DNA of 41,199 nt from a virus (Duplodnaviria; Caudoviricetes), in the IMG/VR virus record IMGVR_UViG_3300031949_000086, positions 1-41,199 of that record; one strand, given 5' to 3'. The notes beneath the pieces are model-generated. The model made no database searches, was not told the DNA's origin, and saw only the letters and a list, made by a program, of their open reading frames with translations. Below, one piece after another: positions 8,640-18,142 of this stretch. The position numbers and the translations under genes were made by a program. Numbering within the stretch: the stretch's first letter is position 1; every line of letters begins with the position of its first letter.

Positions 8640-9695
8640 TTACAGCGTCCATGTGTCGAAGATTCCGAATTCCCACTTGATAATATTTTCAAACTTCGGC
8701 GATGCTGACTGGCCCGCCACTACGAGCAGCCACAGCCATATACCGACTATTTCATTCATTGCGAGGCTACCACAAACTATACCTGTATCCCCCGTGATTC
8801 CAGTGCTCCAGTCCAGCCCTGATACGGCGCTGGTATCATTTTCATTTGCAGCTACGCTGAAATGCCCCCCTGCCGGGGCCTCCTTTGCGATTTTGACGCC
8901 CGGCACGGCGTCTAATTTATCGCTCGCGGCCCCTGCCGCCGCCGCCGTCTCCAGAAGCCCGCGACCGGCAGCCGGCACAGTCAAAACAGTTGCCGTTCTC
9001 GACGAATAATAGACAATTTCCCGCAGCGTTCCTGCCGCCGTTGTTATCCGGCAAAAGCCGGAATCGGGCCAGTCCGTGAATGTGCCGGTTGTAGCGAGCG
9101 TTCCCGCCCCTGCTCCCGGCAGCTGCCCTGCATCGCTTATCTGCTGGTTACCCAGCGTGCCTACCCAGACCTTTAGATTCATTATGCTGTATTGCGCGTG
9201 GAGCGATTTAAGGGCGATACAGCGTAGCTTGACCTCTCCTGCGACCCTTTCCCCATCTGAAACGTTGCTTGACGCTATTACGTCGTTATAGACGGGAATA
9301 AGTAGTACGGTGGCCGTGCCTTTTAACGGCAGCGCGGTATTTCGCGATACGACTATAAATTTCCTGTAATCGCCCCCCGATTCGAGCATTTTGGTCTGGC
9401 CGTTCGCTATTTCTACCGGCTCCCCGGGCTCTTCTTCCGGCGATGTCCATCGCAGCGCTGCCCCGCCCGCTACCGCTTCGAGTGAGCCGAGGCCGTATCC
9501 ATTGCCTCCGCCCAGCCTCTCGATGACTATGCCGTGGATGGGATTTGCAATTTGAAAGCCGATTTGCTCGAGCCGGGAGCTGCTGCGGTAGTTGCCGAAG
9601 GACAGGTCAGGATCGGCCTGGACCCCGCCGTCGCTTGTCGCGCCGGTTAGGAAAAGACCCAACGAATCTACATGTGTGTTTTCGTCGCCTTGCAT
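8640..9695 (-). CDS. putative minor tail protein
   Basis: Gly/Ala/Thr-rich beta protein within the tail operon. Confidence 0.65.
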   Translation of the reverse strand: MQGDENTHVDSLGLFLTGATSDGGVQADPDLSFGNYRSSSRLEQIGFQIANPIHGIVIERLGGGNGYGLGSLEAVAGGAALRWTSPEEEPGEPVEIANGQTKMLESGGDYRKFIVVSRNTALPLKGTATVLLIPVYNDVIASSNVSDGERVAGEVKLRCIALKSLHAQYSIMNLKVWVGTLGNQQISDAGQLPGAGAGTLATTGTFTDWPDSGFCRITTAAGTLREIVYYSSRTATVLTVPAAGRGLLETAAAAGAASDKLDAVPGVKIAKEAPAGGHFSVAANENDTSAVSGLDWSTGITGDTGIVCGSLAMNEIVGIWLWLLVVAGQSASPKFENIIKWEFGIFDTWTL

Positions 9696-9728
9696 ATTCG
9701 TCCTTCGTCTCTCGTCTCTCGTCGCTCG

Positions 9729-10277
9729 TTAAGCGGAAGATACTGTGTATGTAACTTTCAGAACGTCGCCGCTGTAAACTACAATATTGCCGCCATCGAA
9801 CAGGGCCGTGCAAAACAGTTTTCCCGCAGTGCCGCTTTTTGTGCTGCTGTCGGTCAAAAATGCCCCTTTCATTGTCTGCGTTGCGTTAATCGTAAAGTAA
9901 CACCGCTGGTACGGTGACCCGTTGCTTATGGATTTGCTCGCTGCGGCGTTAAACGTGATTGATTGCCGGGTAGTCTCGGTATATTCATCGCCTTCCTCCC
10001 ATCCGCTGTGGCTGGCCATCGTATCGGCAGCGTTCAGACCAGTGTAGTTGTCGTCGCGAATCAGGCCGACGTACCAGCTCGGCTTGGCGACGGTGCCGAA
10101 CATCACGTCTAAAATGAGATTATGTCCCTCGTTTGTGATGCCGTTTTGGGCGGTGTCTTTATATCGGAGATTGCCATCCTTATCGAACACCTCGACAGTA
10201 AATATCCCGCCGACCTGCAACAGGCTGCCGCACAGCACCTTCCTGATTTTCCTGCCTATAAAATAAAAAATTCCCAT
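9729..10277 (-). CDS. putative tail fibre/structural protein
   Basis: NGITNEG...WYVGL...Y.R..ITF...GDVLKVTYTVS pattern common in phage tail proteins; AGGAG RBS before ATG 10277. Confidence 0.7.
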   Translation of the reverse strand: MGIFYFIGRKIRKVLCGSLLQVGGIFTVEVFDKDGNLRYKDTAQNGITNEGHNLILDVMFGTVAKPSWYVGLIRDDNYTGLNAADTMASHSGWEEGDEYTETTRQSITFNAAASKSISNGSPYQRCYFTINATQTMKGAFLTDSSTKSGTAGKLFCTALFDGGNIVVYSGDVLKVTYTVSSA

Positions 10278-10326
10278 CTTGTTTCTCCTTTCAAAAATGC
10301 AAAAAGGCATTCTTAATTCTAAATTC

Positions 10327-10839
10327 TCAATTTTCTGATATAGTTACATTCCCGCCTGCATATTGATATCCGACATCCGGCACATCCGGGTGTCTGACTA
10401 TAAGGACCGCAAACGCCCGCGGCTCTCCATCATTGCCGTCGGCGCCGACCGGCACAATCCTGAAATTATGCGTTTGCCCATCCTCGAGGAACCTGCTCTC
10501 CCATTCGAGGTATCCGCCGTTTTCCTTCATTTTTTTCTTCGGTACCCACTGGCTGTCGATATATTCGTCTATGCGGTAATAATCAGTTCCTTCGACCGGA
10601 AACCATCCTAATCGAATCTTGCCCGGGAATATCTGGGTCGGCTGTTCATTGGGGTCATCGAGTATTTCAATCATATAGTTCTCGTCGTAGTTGATGGCCA
10701 ACAAGTATTCCGTTTTGGTTGTTTGGGCTATGAGATTGCCGTCAACGTATATATAGAACGTGGGGGTTGGCAAGTCGCTGGAGAACCGCAGCAATACGCT
10801 GTTCTGACCCATTTTTACCGGCGGTTGTATCGTCACCAT
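10327..10839 (-). CDS. putative tail protein, FN3/Ig-like
   Basis: Beta-strand pattern (LGWFPVEGTDYYRI, FRIVPVGADGN) and position. Confidence 0.6.
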   Translation of the reverse strand: MVTIQPPVKMGQNSVLLRFSSDLPTPTFYIYVDGNLIAQTTKTEYLLAINYDENYMIEILDDPNEQPTQIFPGKIRLGWFPVEGTDYYRIDEYIDSQWVPKKKMKENGGYLEWESRFLEDGQTHNFRIVPVGADGNDGEPRAFAVLIVRHPDVPDVGYQYAGGNVTISEN

Positions 10840-10855
10840 ATTTGAAACTCAAAAC

Positions 10856-10955
10856 TTAAATTTTTTAATCGCGGATTATGCTGATTCCACAGATTTGCGT
10901 TTTTTATTTTCTGTTTTTTTAATCCGTGTTCATCCGTGTCCTCTGTGATTAAACT
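10856..10955. repeat. ~100-bp 9-mer-based hairpin element, copy 1
   Basis: TTAATCGCGGATTATGCTGATTCCACAGATTT...AATCCGTGTTCATCCGTGTCCTCTGTGATTAA; near-copy at 14342-14441. Confidence 0.85.
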
Positions 10956-11009
10956 CCCTTATTTTTTTCTCTGTGGTCTCTGCGTCCTCTGCGGTAAAAT
11001 TATTCTTCC

Positions 11010-11387
11010 CTACGCTGTCGCCTTCAGCACCCACGCTGACTTGACAAGGTAGTTAATATTTGCCGGCTGCGAGGTCAGCACCTTCTGCGGCGTCTCCGTC
11101 ACGCGTACGTCAACGACAAGCACGTCCGTCACTGAGCGTCCGAGATCGTCAATTACCGTGACGGCAGTGCCTTTAAGGGCGGCATACGTATCGATGGCGG
11201 CCTTCGCATCGTTTTCATACTGCAACCCCTGCAGCGTATATATAGTGGCTTCCTCCGCCTTTTTCGCCACGACCCTGCTTACGACTCCGTCGGCGCCGGG
11301 CCTGTCAATGATAACGACGTTGGGCGTCAGCTTCGGCACCTGCCCGCCGCTCATTTGTAAAAATTCTATTGTTCCTATACTGCTCAT
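11010..11387 (-). CDS. putative distal tail protein
   Basis: Immediately downstream of the tape measure gene; beta-rich 125 aa. Confidence 0.6.
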   Translation of the reverse strand: MSSIGTIEFLQMSGGQVPKLTPNVVIIDRPGADGVVSRVVAKKAEEATIYTLQGLQYENDAKAAIDTYAALKGTAVTVIDDLGRSVTDVLVVDVRVTETPQKVLTSQPANINYLVKSAWVLKATA

Positions 11388-11389
11388 TT

Positions 11390-11414
11390 GTGTCGAGGGC
11401 ATCCTGCCCGCGTC
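11390..11414 (+). repeat. REP-like palindrome (intergenic)
   Basis: GTGTCGAGGGCATCCTGCCCGCGTC; family consensus approximately GTGKCRCGGRCWTCYWGCCCGYG. Confidence 0.75.
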
Positions 11415-11452
11415 TTATCCCGTATCGAGTATCGAGTATCCATTGTCTCCAA

Positions 11453-12919
11453 TCATTCCAGCGGCTTTACCGAGGGGACATTCTTGCGCGTGGTCTCTTC
11501 CAGATGTTGTGATGATTTTTTCATCTCAGCCGCCGCCTGCTTGATGCTGTCTCCCGCCTTTTGGATGTCAGTCAGCAATAGTTTTATGCCCTCCACCAGC
11601 TCCTGTTGCGGGGGGGCAGCTCCGCCATAATAAGGCCCTATATACATTGGTTGTTGCAATTGCATAAGGGCTTTCGTTGCTGCCCCTTTATAATCTCCTG
11701 TTATAATTCCCTCCGCCTCGATGCCGGCCATTATTAACTTTCGCTGCATCCAGCCGACACCCGGCATCGCCTTCAGATATTCTTCGACGGACTGCCGCAC
11801 CATGGCTGCCTCAGCGCCGGGCCCGTATCCGAGTTTCAAATTTTCTATCGCCGCTCCACGTCTTACCCCTGTCCGCTGTATCCCGATTATTGCCGATTCG
11901 CCGCCGGCAGCCAATTCCTGTGCAAACGCATCCTCCGCCCTCGCACGCTGGACCATTTCCACGCCGCCACTTATAAGCCCGGGCTGAAACAGCGGCGCTA
12001 CGGCTACCCATCCCGGCCCGAAGAGTTTTTTCGCCTTGTCGGGGTTCGCCTTCATCCAGCTATACATCTGCTGCTCTGTCATACCGGCGACTTCGTTCTG
12101 AATTTTCTGTTCTTCCGTCAGCGGCACACCCAGCTTTTTCTTGAAGGGTTCTCTTGGCTGTGCAAGCAGCCCTGCGACGGCGCCCGCGCCCCGGCCTGCC
12201 TGCTCCGTCTCGAGCGTTGTCATAATCATTCCGAGCGCCTCGTCCGACGAGACGCCGTATTGTTTGAGCCGCATAACCTCCTTCATCCGTTCAGGTAATT
12301 CGCCTTTACGGCTGCCCGCTTTCCTGCGCGCCTCAGCGGCCATATCGAGCAGGTCTTCTGTTGACATCCCGGGGTAAATGTCCTCCAGCTCACCGGCAAG
12401 TCTGGCGACCTCCGGCTGGTCCGCCCACGTCATAGGTGCGAGCTTCTCCGTGATTTCCAGTCCCCTTCCCAGCGTTGTCTTCGGGCCGGTTCCGCCGTAA
12501 GCCGACAGTATTGCCTGACCGCTGGTCATGCTCAGCTCAGGTATCTTTTTCGTCAGCGCCGCGATTGCGGCGGCGGCCTCATCCACCCTTCCAACCCCTA
12601 ACCATCCGCTGATGTTTCTCGAAAAATCATTGGCATAGGCGGTGATTGACTTGAATGCCTCCTCGCCTTTTCTTTTCATGTCCTCGAATTCTGCTATTAC
12701 TAATCTGACAGCGGAGCTGACCGTGAAGAATCCGGTCACCATACCGGCAAGCTCCCCCGTGATATTCCGCAGGCCGGCGTAGGACTTGTCCATTTCTTTG
12801 CCTTCGCGGTTCATTCGCCGCTGGCCTTCAGTCGCCTTGTTCTGCGCCTCGACCACCTTTAGATATGCCTGAACCGCCTTTGCCTCATCAGCCTCGAGTA
12901 TAAAAGATGTCTTCGCCAC
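11453..12919 (-). CDS. tape measure protein (short, 488 aa)
   Basis: Ala/Gly/Glu-rich helical protein downstream of the tail tube and chaperone genes. Confidence 0.75.
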   Translation of the reverse strand: MAKTSFILEADEAKAVQAYLKVVEAQNKATEGQRRMNREGKEMDKSYAGLRNITGELAGMVTGFFTVSSAVRLVIAEFEDMKRKGEEAFKSITAYANDFSRNISGWLGVGRVDEAAAAIAALTKKIPELSMTSGQAILSAYGGTGPKTTLGRGLEITEKLAPMTWADQPEVARLAGELEDIYPGMSTEDLLDMAAEARRKAGSRKGELPERMKEVMRLKQYGVSSDEALGMIMTTLETEQAGRGAGAVAGLLAQPREPFKKKLGVPLTEEQKIQNEVAGMTEQQMYSWMKANPDKAKKLFGPGWVAVAPLFQPGLISGGVEMVQRARAEDAFAQELAAGGESAIIGIQRTGVRRGAAIENLKLGYGPGAEAAMVRQSVEEYLKAMPGVGWMQRKLIMAGIEAEGIITGDYKGAATKALMQLQQPMYIGPYYGGAAPPQQELVEGIKLLLTDIQKAGDSIKQAAAEMKKSSQHLEETTRKNVPSVKPLE

Positions 12920-12986
12920 TTTTTACAATCCAAAACTTAAAGTTAAAAATTCAAATCCATAACCACTTTTCGTTTTACATTTTACG

Positions 12987-13445
12987 CTATCTAATTATTT
13001 CTCTGTCCTTGACCGCGTTAAGTTTCTTTGTCACCTCCTCGTTAAGCTCCTCCGCCATATCCCTGACCTCGTCCTGTGTGACAGCTACGAGCTCCTCGCT
13101 TTTTTTGGGATGGCCCGGCGTATTCATCCAGAAATAACGCGGCGCCCGCATCTTGCCGGATGCTTTTTTAGATGTGCCGCTGACCCTTATTGATTGCAGA
13201 AGCTGCTTTCGAGATTCACCGCTAAAAACAAGAGGGCCAAGATGTTTCCTGTCTTTATATTTCTGATATCTGGTGCTTCTCGTTTTATAATCGTAAGTCT
13301 GAACAGCTTTATTTTTGAAGTGCTTCGGCGCTACTCCCCTGTGCCAGCTTTCGATGAGCCGGAACAGTCCCTCCTTGACGAAATGCCGGAACTCCTTCAG
13401 CATCCCCTTTGGGCTTCCCTCGATTATTACTGTCCCTCGTATCAT
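12987..13445 (-). CDS. putative neck/tail-completion protein
   Basis: Basic 152 aa with PLVFSGESRKQL, resembling virion morphogenesis proteins; the upstream ORF extension is 7-mer repeat. Confidence 0.55.
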   Translation of the reverse strand: MIRGTVIIEGSPKGMLKEFRHFVKEGLFRLIESWHRGVAPKHFKNKAVQTYDYKTRSTRYQKYKDRKHLGPLVFSGESRKQLLQSIRVSGTSKKASGKMRAPRYFWMNTPGHPKKSEELVAVTQDEVRDMAEELNEEVTKKLNAVKDREIIR

Positions 13446-13573
13446 ATATTCGTCTCTCGTGCCTCGTGCCTCGTCATTCGTCTGTCGTATGTCGTATTTT
13501 CTTAACTCAAAACTAAACACTCAAAACTCAAAACTAAGCCAGTGCAGGTCGGCACACGTCGGCCAGTATTCTC

Positions 13574-14332
13574 TTAGGAGTCCCCGTCGCCACTGCTCGA
13601 ACTGGAGCCGTCGCTTATGCCGGCAAGGTTTTTTTTTTCGTTCTCTTCGATTATTTCCAGCAGCGTCGGCACATCGAGTATCGCCTCGAGCGCTTCATTA
13701 AGGTTCGCCGTTGTCAGAAGCTTCAGTGCGTTGACCTCATCCGGCCCGGCGTGATAGTTCCAGGCGATGGCCTCGATTACTAATTGCATTCTTTCAGTGA
13801 TAGTCAGTTGCGGCGTTCCCTCCTTCAGTTTGTTTTCAACCTTAAAATCCTCCCAGAGAGTTTCTACCTTTGCCCCAAACATCGCATACTGTGGTAGTTC
13901 TTTTGCGAAGACCTCGCCCTTGCTGCCGAGTATGAGAGCTTGCGGCAGCGCTGAGCCGCAGGCGGGTATTCTTGCAATGGGAATCAGCCATTTTTTGCCG
14001 TCGTTCAATTCGATTAGATGCCCTGCGAGCTGCTTTGTCCGCCGCAGCGCTGGCTCGGTCGGCCTGTCGTTATTATAAAACCCTACCCAGTATTTGCCGT
14101 TTATGCCTTTTTGCCAGGTCTGCTCCGCCGGTTTATAGTAGAGCAGCGACGCCTCATCGCCAGCCATAATCAATGTGCAGTCCTCGCCTGAGGGACCTTG
14201 CGTGATATACCGCTGCGTAGTGTGGCACGGACTTCCAGCCCGTGGTTCAATGATTGCCGACAATCCCGTCGCCTCGAGCAGTTTCGCCGATACCGACCTT
14301 ACCTTTTCAATAGCGTATATGAAATTTGCCAT
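13574..14332 (-). CDS. tail assembly chaperone (G-like) with probable -1 frameshift extension to 13521
   Basis: Follows the tail tube gene; A10 run giving A AAA AAC at EKKN; the -1 frame stays open for 36 codons. Confidence 0.65.
   Translation of the reverse strand: MANFIYAIEKVRSVSAKLLEATGLSAIIEPRAGSPCHTTQRYITQGPSGEDCTLIMAGDEASLLYYKPAEQTWQKGINGKYWVGFYNNDRPTEPALRRTKQLAGHLIELNDGKKWLIPIARIPACGSALPQALILGSKGEVFAKELPQYAMFGAKVETLWEDFKVENKLKEGTPQLTITERMQLVIEAIAWNYHAGPDEVNALKLLTTANLNEALEAILDVPTLLEIIEENEKKNLAGISDGSSSSSGDGDS
14222..14245 (+). repeat. REP-like palindrome inside a CDS
   Basis: GTGGCACGGACTTCCAGCCCGTGG, encodes PRAGSPCH. Confidence 0.7.
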
Positions 14333-14341
14333 TTTACTCCA

Positions 14342-14441
14342 TTAAATTTTTAATCGCGGATTACGCAGATTCCACTGATTTACATTTTTTATTTTCTGTT
14401 TTTTTAAGCCGTGTTAATCTGTGTAATCTGTGGTTAATTCC
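14342..14441. repeat. ~100-bp 9-mer-based hairpin element, copy 2
   Basis: Direct repeat of 10856-10955 with scattered substitutions. Confidence 0.85.
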
Positions 14442-14446
14442 GTTGA

Positions 14447-15325
14447 TTACGTTATCCCGCTTATCGCGATTATGTCGGCTGTGCCGTCCCAGACCGGCGT
14501 AATACGAACGGTCCCAGACCACCTTCCACCCTGCCTGCCCGCTATGGATTCGTAGTGTGCCATACCGGCATCGATTGTGAACGTAATCGGCGATGAGCCG
14601 CGAAGCCCGCCGTTCACAAGGTCAACCAGCTTGACAGTTGAATCCGTCACGCCCTGCGTTTCTCCTTCCAGTCCCCAGTCCTCGAACGTGTCCATATCGA
14701 AGGTCGTTATGGAGAAGGATGGTCCTCTGCTCATTACGCCGGCAAATGTCGGGTATATGTGGTGATTGACTATTTCTAATGTTATGCCGAAGTCTAATGT
14801 CCATTTGTCAACGCCGTCTATGTCGGCGCCGTTGATTGTCACCGCCCCCAGTGTATAAAGCTCCGCGAGCAGGTCCTGATTCGCCTCCAGCGACTGCAGC
14901 GTTGTTATAGCTATTGGCGAGGCATCGCCGTCCGCCGAGACGGGAACAACGCGGTATCCGATCGTCGCCGCCTCACCGTCGGAGACGCTTATCGACGTCG
15001 GCACGATTATGCCGGAGGCGAGCGTCACCTTGGTATGGGACGATGTGCCTGCCCGTAGTCCGCCCGCCGCCATTTTCTGCAAAAAGAAAATGTCGTTAGA
15101 GAGCGCAGCGCCGTTGATTCCGCCTAACTTCGCCAGCGCCGTTTTGACCGCGTTGGTATCGAACGTTATTTCAGGCGCTATCTTGCCGATGGAGACAAAG
15201 GACGGGTCAACCGCCCCGCTGCCTGATGCGATGATTTGCCGCATGTTGGCGTTCAGCCCGATGTTCTGGACACCCTTAATCAGGTCCGAGCCGTGCTTGT
15301 ATGCTGATATCGTATAGTGGTTCAT
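14447..15325 (-). CDS. major tail (tube) protein
   Basis: 292 aa, beta-rich, between the tail terminator and chaperone genes; GAGGTG RBS. Confidence 0.7.
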   Translation of the reverse strand: MNHYTISAYKHGSDLIKGVQNIGLNANMRQIIASGSGAVDPSFVSIGKIAPEITFDTNAVKTALAKLGGINGAALSNDIFFLQKMAAGGLRAGTSSHTKVTLASGIIVPTSISVSDGEAATIGYRVVPVSADGDASPIAITTLQSLEANQDLLAELYTLGAVTINGADIDGVDKWTLDFGITLEIVNHHIYPTFAGVMSRGPSFSITTFDMDTFEDWGLEGETQGVTDSTVKLVDLVNGGLRGSSPITFTIDAGMAHYESIAGRQGGRWSGTVRITPVWDGTADIIAISGIT

Positions 15326-15430
15326 TTGTCACCTCAAAGCTTAAAACTAAAAGCTAAAAATTGTTGAATTTCCTTTTTTATTTTTTGCATTTTTCACTTT
15401 TCACTTTGCATTTTGGTTTTACACTTTTCG

Positions 15431-16312
15431 CTAACTGAGTCCCCAGCCCACCATAAGCCGGACCCCATACACAAATGTCCCCGCCGCCGATTCGTACTGA
15501 GTCGGTCCTTCTATGCAGGTGATATTATTGATGGCGAAATATCCCGGCATCGCCGACAGCGCCTTGATCTCGGCAAGGACCGTCTCGACAAAGTTAAGGA
15601 AGTTCCATTCCGCATTTTTCGGGTCATCTCGATAAGCTGCCGGTATTGCCGCCTCGATGCGCAGCTCCAGGTCGCCGCCGATTGCGAACGTGTTTGTGGC
15701 GATGTTCTGCTCCTTATCGTTTTCAGTTTTGCATATCAATGCGAACGGCCTTGTAAAATCGGCATTCTCCGGCGTATAGGCGGTGATATGGATATGGAAT
15801 TTCGCATCATCCGCCTTTTTCGAAGCATCGCCCGTAGTGGCGCCGACCGCCGCCTGAAACGTGGCGGATTCCGCTATGAGCTGTCGCAGATTAAGCATTG
15901 CCTTGCCGCGGTCGCCTGCGGGCGTGATTTCGAAGACGTTAAACTCGAACTCATAAAGCGTGAAAGAGTCGGGCTGGCCGGTACTGTTTATGCCGAGTCT
16001 GGCCTTGGATATATTTTTAGGACCGCCCGATATTGTTTTTTCCTCCCACTGGCCGCCGACAGGGTCGCCAAGAAACACATCGTGCCAGGCGTCCTCGTAA
16101 TAGACGTCCACGTTAATTAAATTAATTTGTGTCCCGACATAAAACCTAAGCTTATCGCAGCTTATCGCTTCGGCGAGATTCAGTTCCAGAAAATCAGAGC
16201 TGCTTCCGCCATAACCTCGCAGGGCGGAGGTGGCCTGAGCGCCGTCGTAAGCATTTGCTTCATTTGTCCAGGCGTTATCGACATCTGTATGTCCGGTCGG
16301 TGATATCCACAT
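15431..16312 (-). CDS. tail terminator-like protein with an extra N-terminal beta-sandwich domain
   Basis: C-terminal half (AMLNLRQLIAESATFQAAV...RPFALI) is terminator-like; N-terminal ~130 aa jelly-roll-like. Confidence 0.55.
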   Translation of the reverse strand: MWISPTGHTDVDNAWTNEANAYDGAQATSALRGYGGSSSDFLELNLAEAISCDKLRFYVGTQINLINVDVYYEDAWHDVFLGDPVGGQWEEKTISGGPKNISKARLGINSTGQPDSFTLYEFEFNVFEITPAGDRGKAMLNLRQLIAESATFQAAVGATTGDASKKADDAKFHIHITAYTPENADFTRPFALICKTENDKEQNIATNTFAIGGDLELRIEAAIPAAYRDDPKNAEWNFLNFVETVLAEIKALSAMPGYFAINNITCIEGPTQYESAAGTFVYGVRLMVGWGLS

Positions 16313-16393
16313 AGAAGTCCTTAGTTTTAAGTTTTGAATTTTTAGTTATACTTTTTAACTAAAAACTAAAAACTAAACACTAAACCCATAAAA

Positions 16394-17770
16394 CTATTCC
16401 GCCTTATTCATTGTCTGCACCCCCGCCGCTTCCGTCACGTTTTGGCTCGAAAGATCGGCGTCATCGACATCGTTGCGCACCTTCAGCGTGCCTGTGCCGC
16501 TGTTAAGGATTGTCTTATTCGAGAACCTCCTGAATAGCCAGCACAGCCACTCTCGGAAGTTCCAGCCCGATGGAGCGCCCGACGGCTCAGTAGTTAATAC
16601 GGCGTCAAGGCCCGTCGTGGAGAGCAGCATTTTACCATCCGCACCGAGAGCTGCAGGCGCAGTTCCAAGCCATCGGCCAATATCCGATTTCTCCAACGTG
16701 ATATTACTTCCAATTTGGGCAGAATTGTATTTGGTATTTGTAAGATAAACCGCTTTAGCTGAAGCCGCGTCAAAGTCGTATGCCGTCCCACCTGTCCCTG
16801 CGCTGGAAACTTCTATACTACAATTCTCAAGAGCAGCGTTTGAATTGACTATACCTTTTGCAACTTGCGATGACTGATTTTGGTCGGTTCTCGCTACAAC
16901 AACTGAATTTTTCATACTTAAATTAGTAATGTCGCAAATACCATAATAATCCCCTATTGCGTAAGAGCTTCCATTCGCCCCTGTCGGCTTATATCCATCG
17001 GCTATCAAAAGACAGTTATCAATAACTACTCTTGAATCGGAAACCGAAGAATATAAAGCTATGATGATATAACAGGTTTCTTTGTTGCTTTCATATAACG
17101 TAGCAAACTTACCTCCCAAATCCTTGTTATAGCTTGGTTTTACATAGACAACACTATTGCGTATAATAAGTCTGCCATCCGTTTTGAATTCCCCTAAAAC
17201 AATGGCTGCCGACCAAGTCTGTGCATCTGTAGCATCGCAAGCAATAAAGCAGTTGTCTAAAATTGCATTAGTTCCAATCCAAAGATTAGACGCTTTAGCG
17301 AACATATAACAATTTTTGAGACTCACCAATTGAGAAACACCCGCATCAATACCTATGTTGTCCGACAGAATATCACAATCTTCAAAATAAAGTTTGACGC
17401 TGCCGAATATCGACACTGTGCCGATTGATTGAACCGCAGTATTAGTGGAGTCCAATGTGATATTCTTAAAAGTTGTCCCATCCCGTGGGCTTATAAATGT
17501 CGCTCCCGATGCGGCCTTGATAATTGTTGTCTTGCGATTAGCCCCGATATATGTTAAAGCTTTATCCACAGATGTCATATCTATCTGCTCGGCGTATGTC
17601 CCCGGCCAGATTATTATTGTATCCCCGCTTGAGGCCGCCGTTATAGCGGCCCCTATTGTCAGCTTCGAGTCGTTTGCCAAACTGACAGGATATTGCTGCG
17701 CAACGCCGCCGTTAGAATCATTGCCTGCCTTTGAAACGTGAAACACCCTTGCTGAATCATTCAGATACAT
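16394..17770 (-). CDS. pectin-lyase-like parallel beta-helix protein (spike/appendage)
   Basis: FHVSKAGNDSNGG...LTIGAAITAASSGDTIIIWPGTYAEQI...TFKNITL, then repeated xxNC/xxNS coils. Confidence 0.85.
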   Translation of the reverse strand: MYLNDSARVFHVSKAGNDSNGGVAQQYPVSLANDSKLTIGAAITAASSGDTIIIWPGTYAEQIDMTSVDKALTYIGANRKTTIIKAASGATFISPRDGTTFKNITLDSTNTAVQSIGTVSIFGSVKLYFEDCDILSDNIGIDAGVSQLVSLKNCYMFAKASNLWIGTNAILDNCFIACDATDAQTWSAAIVLGEFKTDGRLIIRNSVVYVKPSYNKDLGGKFATLYESNKETCYIIIALYSSVSDSRVVIDNCLLIADGYKPTGANGSSYAIGDYYGICDITNLSMKNSVVVARTDQNQSSQVAKGIVNSNAALENCSIEVSSAGTGGTAYDFDAASAKAVYLTNTKYNSAQIGSNITLEKSDIGRWLGTAPAALGADGKMLLSTTGLDAVLTTEPSGAPSGWNFREWLCWLFRRFSNKTILNSGTGTLKVRNDVDDADLSSQNVTEAAGVQTMNKAE

Positions 17771-18092
17771 AGCCGCACCTTTCAGAGATATAATCTTCTC
17801 TTTTCCTGTTGCAATCTGTAGGATAGCTTTTACAAATCAGAGGTTTATTTTCATTGTCTTTGCATAGGCGAGTCTGCTGGTCGAACAAATCACACCGGTA
17901 AAAGTGGTATCCCTCGAAAGCCCTGTCTAACATCAGAGGGTTCGGCTTCCTTTTTGGTTTTTCCGCCGCAGTCCAGTGTTCCAGTATGAAGTCCCTGTCG
18001 TGAGGAAGGAAATTCGGATTAGCCCTTAACTCATCGAGCGTAAATCCAGCCCCTAAAAACTCACAACAGTCGCCGCATTTAATACAAGACAT
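17757..18092 (-). CDS. YkgJ-family CxxCxxCC cysteine-cluster protein
   Basis: CIKCGDCC...CDLFDQQTRLC...KPLICKSYP. Confidence 0.85.
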   Translation of the reverse strand: MSCIKCGDCCEFLGAGFTLDELRANPNFLPHDRDFILEHWTAAEKPKRKPNPLMLDRAFEGYHFYRCDLFDQQTRLCKDNENKPLICKSYPTDCNRKREDYISERCGYVSE

Positions 18093-18142
18093 TACAAAAC
18101 TCCCTCTTAATCTTTAGCCACAGATTCCACTGATTACACTTC

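Noticed and set aside
4168-15325. Contractile tail or tailocin/eCIS
   Set aside because: No sheath or baseplate J/wedge motifs recognised; head and terminase genes are present
6642-16312. Tail-fibre shufflon driven by the second recombinase
   Set aside because: All tail genes are co-oriented, with no inverted cassettes or repeated crossover sites seen, and the recombinase is about 20 kb away
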